A stretch of DNA of 64,000 nt from Gammaproteobacteria bacterium (GTDB taxonomy: Bacteria; Pseudomonadota; Gammaproteobacteria; Tethybacterales; CBDBMS01). The notes under the pieces are model-generated. The model saw only the letters and a list, made by a program, of their open reading frames with translations, made no database searches and was not told the origin of the DNA. A program made the translations under genes and the position numbers. This document shows, in pieces, positions 56,506 to 64,000 of this stretch. The stretch spans positions 216,634 through 280,633 of the forward strand of contig CBDBMS010000003.1 of the NCBI GenBank assembly GCA_965207545.1. Direction: 5' to 3'. Position 1 is the first letter of the stretch. Every line of letters starts with the position of its first letter.

Positions 56506-59256
56506 ATGCCAGTTGAACTGCCCAAGCACTTCGAGCCTTCTGAGATTGACCTGAAGTGGAACCGGCGCTGGGAGTCTGGCGGCGTGTTTTCCTCAGAGGT
56601 GCGTGAGGGTCGCGAGCCGTATTCGATTGTGCTTCCGCCTCCGAACGTTACCGGGACTCTGCACATGGGTCACGCGTTCCAGCACACGCTGATGGACGCC
56701 TTGATCCGCAAGGCCCGGATGGAAGGCAAGAACACGCTGTGGCAGCCTGGCATCGACCATGCGGGCATAGCAACCCAGATCGTCGTCACGCGCGAACTGG
56801 AGAGGGAAGGCATTGATCCTGCTTCGCTTTCGCGCGAGGAGTTCATGCGCCGCATATGGAAGTGGAAAGAGAACTCAGGTTCGACGATCTCCATCCAGAT
56901 GCGTCGGCTGGGCGCCTCCTGCGCATGGAACCGGGAGCGTTTCACGATGGACGAAGGTCTTTCCAGGACCGTTACGGAGGTGTTCGTCAAACTCTATCGG
57001 GACGGCCTGATCTACCGCGGCAAGCGTCTGGTCAACTGGGATCCGGAACTTCTGACTGCCGTTTCCGATCTGGAGGTGGTTGCTGAGGAGGAGGATGCGA
57101 CACTGTATCACGTCCGCTATCCGTTTGCCGACGGTGACGGACATGTGGTGATAGCGACGACTCGGCCGGAGACGATCCTGGCTGATGGAGCAATTGCGGT
57201 GCATCCGGATGATGAGCGCAACCGGCACCTGGTTGGAAGAACCGTGTTTGTGCCGTTGTGCAACCGCGAGATCCAGGTGATAGCCGACGGGTTCGTCGAC
57301 CCTGATTTTGGCTCCGGCCGCGTCAAGATCACTGCGGCACACGACTTCAACGACTACGAGTGTAGCCGGCGCCATCCTGAAATACCGGTCATTGTGCTGA
57401 TGACGCTTGACGGGCGCATGAACGAGAACGCGTTGCCGAAGTACCAGGGCAAGGACCGGTTCGAGGCGCGCAGGCTCATCATTGAAGACCTTGAGAAGGA
57501 GGGGCTGCTGGAGAGACAGGAGCCACACCGGCACAGTCCGCCGCGCGGCGACCGGTCAGGGGTCGTTCTCGAGCCGATGCTTACCGATCAGTGGTTTGTC
57601 AGCACCCGCGCACTGACTGATGCGGCGCTCAACCTGACCCGGTCAGGCAGGCTCAGGTTCGTTCCGGAGAGATGGCGCAATGTGTACGAACAGTGGCTTG
57701 AAAACATAGACGACTGGTGCATTTCGCGGCAGCTGATATGGGGACACCGCATACCGGCATGGCACGGCAAGGATGGTGAGATATTCGTTGCGCACAGCGA
57801 GGAAGAGGCATGCGAACTTGCCGGGAACCGGTCTCTCGTCCGCGATCCGGACGTTCTTGACACTTGGTTCTCATCCGCACTATGGCCGTTCTCGACGCTT
57901 GGCTGGCCGGATGTCGAGGATCCGCACTTCAAGACGTACTTTCCGACTTCGGTGCTGGTCACCGGATTTGACATCATATTCTTCTGGGTCGCACGCATGA
58001 CCATGATGTCGTGCCACTTTCTGGACGAAACCCCTTTCCGGGAGGTCTATGTGACTGGACTGGTGCGTGACGCACGCGGCGAGAAGATGAGCAAGTCGAA
58101 AGGGAACACGCTCGACCCGCTTGATCTCATTGACGGCATCAGCCTGGACGGCTTGGTGGAAAAGCGGGTTCACGGGCTGATGAACTCGAAGCAAGCCTCG
58201 TCCATAGAGAGAAAGACGCGCGAGGAATATCCCGAAGGAATCCCTGCATTTGGCGTTGACGCGCTGCGCATGACATTTGCGTCATACGCTTCGTATGGAC
58301 GCGACATAAAGTTCGACATGGGTCGCTGCCTAGGCTATCGCAACTTCTGCAACAAGCTGTGGAACGCATCACGGTTCGTTCTGTCCGAAGCCACCCGGTC
58401 CGGCGGGCTTGAGGGCGTGTGTGATCCCACTCTGGCGGACCGGTGGATTGCAAGCAGGCTTCAGAGAGCCGAAAGCGAGATTGTCAACGCGTTCGCCGTC
58501 TACCGCTTTGACACGGTGGTTCAGGAAATCTATCATCTGGTCTGGGATGAATACTGCGGTTGGTACCTTGAGATGGCCAAGTTGCAGATACGGCAGGGAA
58601 CCGAGCCGCAGGCCCGTTCGGCGCGGCTGACGCTGATCGCCGTGCTTGAGGCGATTCTCCGGCTTGCCCACCCGCTCATGCCGTACATCACCGAGGAGTT
58701 GTGGGGGAAGGTTGTGCCACTCCGTGCCACAGGCGGAACCCCCGACACGATAATGGGTGCGCGCTATCCGGAACCGGATCCCGGGATGATCGACGAGGAG
58801 GCCGAATCCTGGATGGTCAGCCTGAAGGAGCTGGTTGAAGGTTGCAGAAGGATTTGCAGCGAGCGCGACATATCCCGCCATTCGAGGTTTGAGGTAGCAG
58901 TCCAAGGCGGCGAGGAGGACATTGGACGCTACGAGCCCTGGTTTAGCGGCCTCACCCACGTGGCATCCGTTCTCCACAAGGAATGGGATGACGAAGTGTT
59001 GCCGCGGTTCAACGCCGCGGGAATGCAGGTGACGGTGCGCATTGAGAGCGATCCTGCCGAGGATCTGCAGCGGCTTCGCAAGTCGCTTGCCCAGATGGAG
59101 AAGGAGATGGATGCCGTGAAGAACAAGCTGGGCAATCCGAAGTTTGTCGAACGGGCCCCCCAGGAAATTGTTGCGGCTCAGAAAGCGAAGCGTGAGGAAC
59201 TGGAAGGGGACATGGCCATGACAAGAGAGCGGATTGCCGCATTGGAGGCACACTGA
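56506..59256 (+). CDS. valS: Valyl-tRNA synthetase
   Basis: PPPNVTGTLHMGH, DWCISRQL.WGH, KMSKSKGN and a C-terminal coiled coil. Confidence 0.98.
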   Translation: MPVELPKHFEPSEIDLKWNRRWESGGVFSSEVREGREPYSIVLPPPNVTGTLHMGHAFQHTLMDALIRKARMEGKNTLWQPGIDHAGIATQIVVTRELEREGIDPASLSREEFMRRIWKWKENSGSTISIQMRRLGASCAWNRERFTMDEGLSRTVTEVFVKLYRDGLIYRGKRLVNWDPELLTAVSDLEVVAEEEDATLYHVRYPFADGDGHVVIATTRPETILADGAIAVHPDDERNRHLVGRTVFVPLCNREIQVIADGFVDPDFGSGRVKITAAHDFNDYECSRRHPEIPVIVLMTLDGRMNENALPKYQGKDRFEARRLIIEDLEKEGLLERQEPHRHSPPRGDRSGVVLEPMLTDQWFVSTRALTDAALNLTRSGRLRFVPERWRNVYEQWLENIDDWCISRQLIWGHRIPAWHGKDGEIFVAHSEEEACELAGNRSLVRDPDVLDTWFSSALWPFSTLGWPDVEDPHFKTYFPTSVLVTGFDIIFFWVARMTMMSCHFLDETPFREVYVTGLVRDARGEKMSKSKGNTLDPLDLIDGISLDGLVEKRVHGLMNSKQASSIERKTREEYPEGIPAFGVDALRMTFASYASYGRDIKFDMGRCLGYRNFCNKLWNASRFVLSEATRSGGLEGVCDPTLADRWIASRLQRAESEIVNAFAVYRFDTVVQEIYHLVWDEYCGWYLEMAKLQIRQGTEPQARSARLTLIAVLEAILRLAHPLMPYITEELWGKVVPLRATGGTPDTIMGARYPEPDPGMIDEEAESWMVSLKELVEGCRRICSERDISRHSRFEVAVQGGEEDIGRYEPWFSGLTHVASVLHKEWDDEVLPRFNAAGMQVTVRIESDPAEDLQRLRKSLAQMEKEMDAVKNKLGNPKFVERAPQEIVAAQKAKREELEGDMAMTRERIAALEAH

Positions 59257-59268
59257 TCTCCACAGCTT

Positions 59269-60531
59269 ATGGGCGGCACTAGAGCCGCTCTCACCGGGGT
59301 TCCGGTAGCGATGGCAATTGGGATCTTGGGCTCGCTTGCAGCCACGCTGTTCATCGTTAGCATCGAATGGCTCAACGACAGGCTGCTCGGAGCCGACGGA
59401 CCTGCTGGACCACTGACGGTCCTGCTTGCACCGGTGGCGGCAGGCCTGCTGGTTGGCTGCATTATCCGGCTGGTGAAAGGTCAGCCTTTCGTGACGCTTG
59501 TTGACGTGATCCAGTCGTCGCAGACGAGAAGCGACCGGTTCTCGTCGCTCCGCATGCACCTGTACTCGATATTGGCGTCACTGGTTTCGCTGGGAGGCGG
59601 GGCATCTGTTGGCCAGTATGGTCCGCTCGCGCACATCGGCTCCTGTCTGGGCTACCTTCAGTGGAGATGGACACGGCTGCTCAACCGTCGTCTTGCCTTG
59701 GCGAGCGGAGCGGCCGCGGCCATTGCCGCCGCCTTTCATGCACCTCTTGCCGGCATGGTCTTTGCACAGGAGGTCATCGTCAGGAACTACTCGTTCCGCT
59801 CCTTCTTCCTCATCGCCATCGCGTCACTGTCGAGTTATCTGTTCTCTACGCATGTCCTTGCCCGCGAGCCGTTCCTGCCGATCGCGCAGATGTCCGGGTT
59901 CGATCTTCAGGCGGCACTCTTCCTTGTCCTGATCGGAATCGGTTGCGGGATGTTTGCCGCACTGTTCATATATCTCACGCTCAGGCTGCAGGATCTGGCT
60001 GCGGCGTCCCGGCTGGCACCGCACTGGCGCCCCGCCGTGGGCGGTCTGGCGGCTGGGATTGTCGCCCTGCTGACGGTGCCGGACATCCTGGGGGTCAGCA
60101 AGATGATATTGGTGCGTTCGGTTTCGGATTTCAACTACGAAATGGGCTCCGCACTCTCGGCGCTTGCCGGCAAGCTGCTGGCAACAGTCGCCTGTCTGGG
60201 AATGGGGTTTGCCGGCAGCGTAGTCAGCCCATCTCTGGCGATGGGTGCGTTGCTCGGAGTGGCGTCGGGGATCGCCCTTGACACACTTCCTTTCCTGTCG
60301 GTTCCCATGCACGTGTGGGTTGTGTGCTGCATGTTTGCCGTGACATGTCCAGCGATTGGCGCGACACTTAGCGGAGTGCTCATCGTTCTTGAGCTGACAC
60401 AGAACTACCAGCTTGCCCTGGCGGCGTTGCTGAGCATCGTTCCCGCCAACCAGGTGATGATCGCACTGCTTGGCGGATCTTTCTATGACCTTCAGCTAAG
60501 AAGGCGTGGCCATCGGACACGCCCGGCCTGA
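59269..60531 (+). CDS. ClC-family anion channel/transporter, non-canonical
   Basis: GGASVGQYGP, AAFHAPLAG.VFA.E, SPSL..GA..G and ELTQNY motifs; highly hydrophobic. Confidence 0.85.
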   Translation: MGGTRAALTGVPVAMAIGILGSLAATLFIVSIEWLNDRLLGADGPAGPLTVLLAPVAAGLLVGCIIRLVKGQPFVTLVDVIQSSQTRSDRFSSLRMHLYSILASLVSLGGGASVGQYGPLAHIGSCLGYLQWRWTRLLNRRLALASGAAAAIAAAFHAPLAGMVFAQEVIVRNYSFRSFFLIAIASLSSYLFSTHVLAREPFLPIAQMSGFDLQAALFLVLIGIGCGMFAALFIYLTLRLQDLAAASRLAPHWRPAVGGLAAGIVALLTVPDILGVSKMILVRSVSDFNYEMGSALSALAGKLLATVACLGMGFAGSVVSPSLAMGALLGVASGIALDTLPFLSVPMHVWVVCCMFAVTCPAIGATLSGVLIVLELTQNYQLALAALLSIVPANQVMIALLGGSFYDLQLRRRGHRTRPA

Positions 60532-60636
60532 ACAGGGGAAACCGGTCCGGCAATGGCGGTTCCGCCATGAGGTTCTTGAAGCCTGAAGGGAAAATTAGGT
60601 TAACATTGAACAGTGCCGCTAATGTGGCGGAAAGAC

Positions 60637-61695
60637 ATGTTGAATGATTCAAGGACAGTGCCCGGGGGCCATGCCCCCACGACGACCCGCGCCGACAGCC
60701 GGCACGCAGACGGAACGCTGATTGACCACTACGGCCGCAGAATCACTTATGTACGCCTTTCCGTGACCGATCGTTGCGATTTCCGGTGCCGCTACTGCAT
60801 GCCGATGCATGTGGAGTTCCTGCCGAAAAGCGAGGTGATGCCGCTGGAGGACTGTCTGCGTGTGGTTCGCGCCTTTGCCGGCCTAGGGGTCGAGAAGGTG
60901 CGCATCACGGGAGGCGAGCCTCTGGTTCGCCGCAACGTGCTCTGGCTTCTGGAAAGGATTGCCTCGGTTGAGGGGATCCGCGAGCTGACGCTGACGACAA
61001 ACGGCTCGCAGTTGGAAAGGATGGCGCAGGACATCGCCGCTGCCGGCGTTTCACGAATCAACATATCGCTCGACACGCTTGATGCCGGCCGGTTTCGCGA
61101 ACTGACCCGGGTTGGGGACCTATCCAAGGTTCTGGCAGGCTTGGAGGCGGCAAGGAAGGCCGGTTTCAAGGGCATCAAGATCAACACGGTGATGATGCGC
61201 GGAGTCAACGATGACGAGATTGCCGGCCTTGCCCGCTTTGCCGTTAGCCGTGGTCTTGACATTTCGTACATTGAGGAGATGCCGCTAGGCGATGTCGGCC
61301 ATGCGCGCAGCAAGAGCTATGTCAGTTCTGACGAGGCACTGGAGGCGCTGGCGGGGGAATTTCCACTCGAGAGAACCGATTTCACCACTGGCGGGCCAGC
61401 CCGCTACTGGAACGTGACGGGAACCGGTTCGCGGATCGGGTTCATATCCCCGCACTCGCACAATTTCTGTGATTCCTGCAATCGGGTTCGTGTCAGTTGC
61501 ACCGGAGAGTTGTTTCCTTGTCTGGGCCAGAATGAATCGATTGATCTCAAGCCCGCCTTGCTGGCGGGCGCAGACGAAAGCGTGTTGCGTGACCGCATTG
61601 CAGGGGCGATGGATATCAAGCCGAAAGGGCATGACTTTGATCTGCAGGAGCCGGTTGCAAAGGTGGTCCGGTTCATGTCCCACACGGGCGGTTGA
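60637..61695 (+). CDS. moaA: GTP 3',8-cyclase (Moco biosynthesis)
   Basis: RLSVTDRCDFRCRYCM, TGGEPL, FCDSCNRVR...CL and C-terminal GG. Confidence 0.96.
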   Translation: MLNDSRTVPGGHAPTTTRADSRHADGTLIDHYGRRITYVRLSVTDRCDFRCRYCMPMHVEFLPKSEVMPLEDCLRVVRAFAGLGVEKVRITGGEPLVRRNVLWLLERIASVEGIRELTLTTNGSQLERMAQDIAAAGVSRINISLDTLDAGRFRELTRVGDLSKVLAGLEAARKAGFKGIKINTVMMRGVNDDEIAGLARFAVSRGLDISYIEEMPLGDVGHARSKSYVSSDEALEALAGEFPLERTDFTTGGPARYWNVTGTGSRIGFISPHSHNFCDSCNRVRVSCTGELFPCLGQNESIDLKPALLAGADESVLRDRIAGAMDIKPKGHDFDLQEPVAKVVRFMSHTGG

Positions 61696-61697
61696 CC

Positions 61698-62558
61698 ATG
61701 ACGTCAACCTCTAGGCGGCGGACTTCCCAACCCGTCTGTTCAGGCGTCGAGGCCACAGTCGGAGCACAGGCCGTTGACGAGCGGGGAGCGAGCCGGACAG
61801 TCAGGCTCCCATGTGAGCATTCGCTTGCGCTTTATGTTGACCGGCACGAGGTGGTCACGTTGATGACCATGGGCCAGGCTCCGAAGGAGCTTGTTGTGGG
61901 ATACTTGCGCAACCAGCGCCTAGTCATCTCGGTTGACGAAATCGTCTCGGTTGACGTCGACTGGGAGGTTGGCGCCGCCGCAGTCAGAACCAGATCCGGG
62001 ATCTCGGCAACGGCTCTTGAACGCCGCACGGTCACAAGCGGCTGCGGTCAGGGAACCATGTTTGGCGAGCTGCTTGACGGTCTCGGCAGCGGGGAGTTGA
62101 GGCGCAGCCGTCCATTGGGGAGGCAGGAGCTGCTTGATGTCCTGAGATGCATGCGGGAGCTTGACACCGTCTACAAGGTTGCCGGCGCCGTGCATGGCTG
62201 TGCGCTGTTCACAAGAAGAGGCGGCGATGTGGAGATGCTGATTCATGTCGAGGATATCGGCCGGCACAATGCCGTTGATGCGATTGCCGGCTGGATGTGG
62301 CTGAGCGGCATTTCCGGCGATGACTGCGTTTTCTACACGACAGGCCGTCTCACGTCGGAAATGGTCATCAAGTGTGTCCAGATGGGGATACCTTTCCTGG
62401 CGTCGCGTTCCGGCGCCACCGGAATGGGCTATGAAATCGCCCGCAGAACGGGTGTCACCATGATAGCGCGCGCAATCAATGCACGGCACCAGATACTTTC
62501 CGGCATCGAGCATTTCGACGTTGCAGAGCATGGTGAATTAGAATCAGTCAAAGATTGA
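61698..62558 (+). CDS. fdhD: Formate dehydrogenase accessory sulfurtransferase
   Basis: TSGCGQG, GAVHGCAL, EDIGRHNAVD and TGRLTSEMV.K motifs. Confidence 0.94.
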   Translation: MTSTSRRRTSQPVCSGVEATVGAQAVDERGASRTVRLPCEHSLALYVDRHEVVTLMTMGQAPKELVVGYLRNQRLVISVDEIVSVDVDWEVGAAAVRTRSGISATALERRTVTSGCGQGTMFGELLDGLGSGELRRSRPLGRQELLDVLRCMRELDTVYKVAGAVHGCALFTRRGGDVEMLIHVEDIGRHNAVDAIAGWMWLSGISGDDCVFYTTGRLTSEMVIKCVQMGIPFLASRSGATGMGYEIARRTGVTMIARAINARHQILSGIEHFDVAEHGELESVKD

Positions 62559-62570
62559 TGAAGAGGTAGT

Positions 62571-63167
62571 ATGGACATCAAGAAAATGAACATGAGCGCG
62601 GTGGTTCTGACCGGAGGCAAGGGCCGGCGGTTCGGCAACAACGACAAGGGACTCCAGAAGATGAGCGGACGTCTTTTCGTCGAGTGGATGATCGACCGCG
62701 TCAGCCCGATGGTTGACGAGATTCTGATCAGCGCCAACCGGCATGCGGACCGCTATACCAAGCTGGGGCACGAGGCGTTCAAAGACGAATATCCGGATTT
62801 TCTCGGTCCGCTCGCCGGGCTGCATGCCGCCATGGGCAAGGCCAAGCATGACTGGATACTGACGGTGCCGTGTGACTCTCCGCTGTTTCCGCAGGAGATG
62901 GTTGAGCGCTTCATCGAGGAGTTGCGCAAGGAAGATGCCTGGATTGCGGTGGCCAAGTCAGGGCCGCGTCTTTATCCTGTTTTCATGATGTGTCCGAAGC
63001 AGTTGCGTGACGACTTGGGCTCCTACCTTGACAAGGGCGGCCGCAAGATCGAGACCTGGTATGAGCAGCACAAGCACGTGATCATTGACTTCGACCAGGA
63101 CAAGGCGTTCACCAACATCAACGAGCCGTCCACCATACGCCAAATGGAGATACTCCTGCGCAGGTGA
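62571..63167 (+). CDS. mobA: Molybdenum cofactor guanylyltransferase
   Basis: LTGGKGRRF...DKGL, GPLAG, VPCDSP and F.NIN motifs. Confidence 0.94.
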   Translation: MDIKKMNMSAVVLTGGKGRRFGNNDKGLQKMSGRLFVEWMIDRVSPMVDEILISANRHADRYTKLGHEAFKDEYPDFLGPLAGLHAAMGKAKHDWILTVPCDSPLFPQEMVERFIEELRKEDAWIAVAKSGPRLYPVFMMCPKQLRDDLGSYLDKGGRKIETWYEQHKHVIIDFDQDKAFTNINEPSTIRQMEILLRR

Positions 63168-63784
63168 GCGGCTTCCGGAAGACGGCTTTTGCCGTTGCGG
63201 CACCGTTTCTGATGGCGCTTGCGGGCTGCCTGTCCCAGGATCCGGAGCCGCTTGCAAAAATAGGAAAGGAACAGGTGATTCTTGCCTTTGGCGACAGCCT
63301 GACTTCCGGCGTGGGCGGAAACGGCCAGTCCTATCCCGGCTTTCTTGAAGACATCGTGGGGTTCAGGGTGGTCAGTTCGGCCGTTCCGGGAGAGATGAGC
63401 ACCCAGGCGCTAGCCCGTTTTCCGGCGGTCATGGAGGCGGTGAAGCCGGCACTGGTGATACTTTGCACAGGAGGAAACGACATCCTGCGCAAGACCGGCG
63501 ACGAGACGATGGAGCGGAACATCCGCGAGATGATCCGTCTTGCCAAGGGGAAGGGCGTTGGCGTGGTGCTGCTCGGCATTCCAAAATTCTCGGTGTTCAG
63601 AAGCAACCATCCGGTCTACGAAAGGATTGCCAGCGCCGAGACCCTATGGCTAGAGGACGAGGTTCTGAAGAGGGTGTTGCACGACGACAGCCTCAAGTCG
63701 GATCTTGTCCATCCCAATGCCAAGGGTTACCGCGTGATGGCCGAGGCGGTTGCGGCGCTGTTGCGAGAGGCGGGTGCAATCTGA
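63164..63784 (+). CDS. GDSL/SGNH arylesterase lipoprotein
   Basis: Lipobox LAGC, FGDSLT, GGND and DLVHPN motifs. Confidence 0.9.
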   Translation: MSGFRKTAFAVAAPFLMALAGCLSQDPEPLAKIGKEQVILAFGDSLTSGVGGNGQSYPGFLEDIVGFRVVSSAVPGEMSTQALARFPAVMEAVKPALVILCTGGNDILRKTGDETMERNIREMIRLAKGKGVGVVLLGIPKFSVFRSNHPVYERIASAETLWLEDEVLKRVLHDDSLKSDLVHPNAKGYRVMAEAVAALLREAGAI

Positions 63785-64000
63785 TGAAGGCTTCGAGAAG
63801 CGTGTTCGAATGCGCAAGCTGCGGCAATGTCTCTCTCAAGTGGCAGGGTCAGTGTGTCTATTGCGGCGACTGGAACACGTTGGAAGAAAGGTCCGAGGAC
63901 CAAGTCGAGCGCCGCGTGCCTTCGGTGACAGTCAAGCTGGGCGAGATCGATGCCGAATCGACACGGCGGTTACGTTCAGGCATGGACGAGTTCGATTCGG
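63784..64000 (+). CDS. radA: DNA repair protein RadA/Sms, N-terminal part (runs off the window)
   Basis: Manual translation MKASRSVFECASCGNVSLKWQGQCVYCGDWNTLEE...RLRSGMDEFD: C4 zinc finger of RadA. Confidence 0.9.
   Translation, partial: MKASRSVFECASCGNVSLKWQGQCVYCGDWNTLEERSEDQVERRVPSVTVKLGEIDAESTRRLRSGMDEFDS

Noticed and set aside
60532-60636. Possible Moco riboswitch upstream of moaA
   Set aside because: Only short hairpins (ATGGCGG-TT-CCGCCAT) are visible; the Moco RNA consensus was not recognisable.
3761-62531. Many long antisense or alternative-frame ORFs (e.g. 3761-5233, 28758-30422, 37140-38363, 48055-49242)
   Set aside because: Shadow ORFs of GC-rich genes; no recognisable motifs, and they fully overlap confident CDSs.

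Overview
GC-rich (~60%), compact proteobacterial chromosome segment (Beta/Gammaproteobacteria-like gene content, heavily overlapping genes). Core content: tRNA-Ala/tRNA-Glu, metG, cca, apbE-gshB, a complete dcw cluster (mraZ to lpxC), lpxK-ycaR-kdsB-ampD-esterase-galU, valS and moaA-fdhD-mobA-radA. There are two defence loci. (1) At the left edge, downstream of tRNA-Glu, a type I R-M operon reads hsdM -> HEPN RNase (HI0074 family) -> an MNT nucleotidyltransferase fused in frame to HsdS; the ORF track misses this last gene. (2) An AT-rich ~10 kb type II-B CRISPR-Cas island holds a 1790-aa Cas9, cas1, cas2, cas4, a Francisella-like tracrRNA with its own promoter, and 27 identical 37-nt repeats with 26 spacers. 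It is flanked by a decayed serine resolvase and carries a decayed DUF4160/DUF2442 toxin-antitoxin pair between cas9 and cas1. The most striking observation is inside cas9: two (probably three) nested in-frame 72-nt insertions, each a ~38-nt direct duplication flanking a 34-nt unique GC-rich segment. This matches the repeat+spacer geometry of the adjacent array and suggests ectopic spacer integrations that became Cas9 coding sequence. Several housekeeping genes also look leaderless. All calls come from manual motif recognition; no database searches were run.
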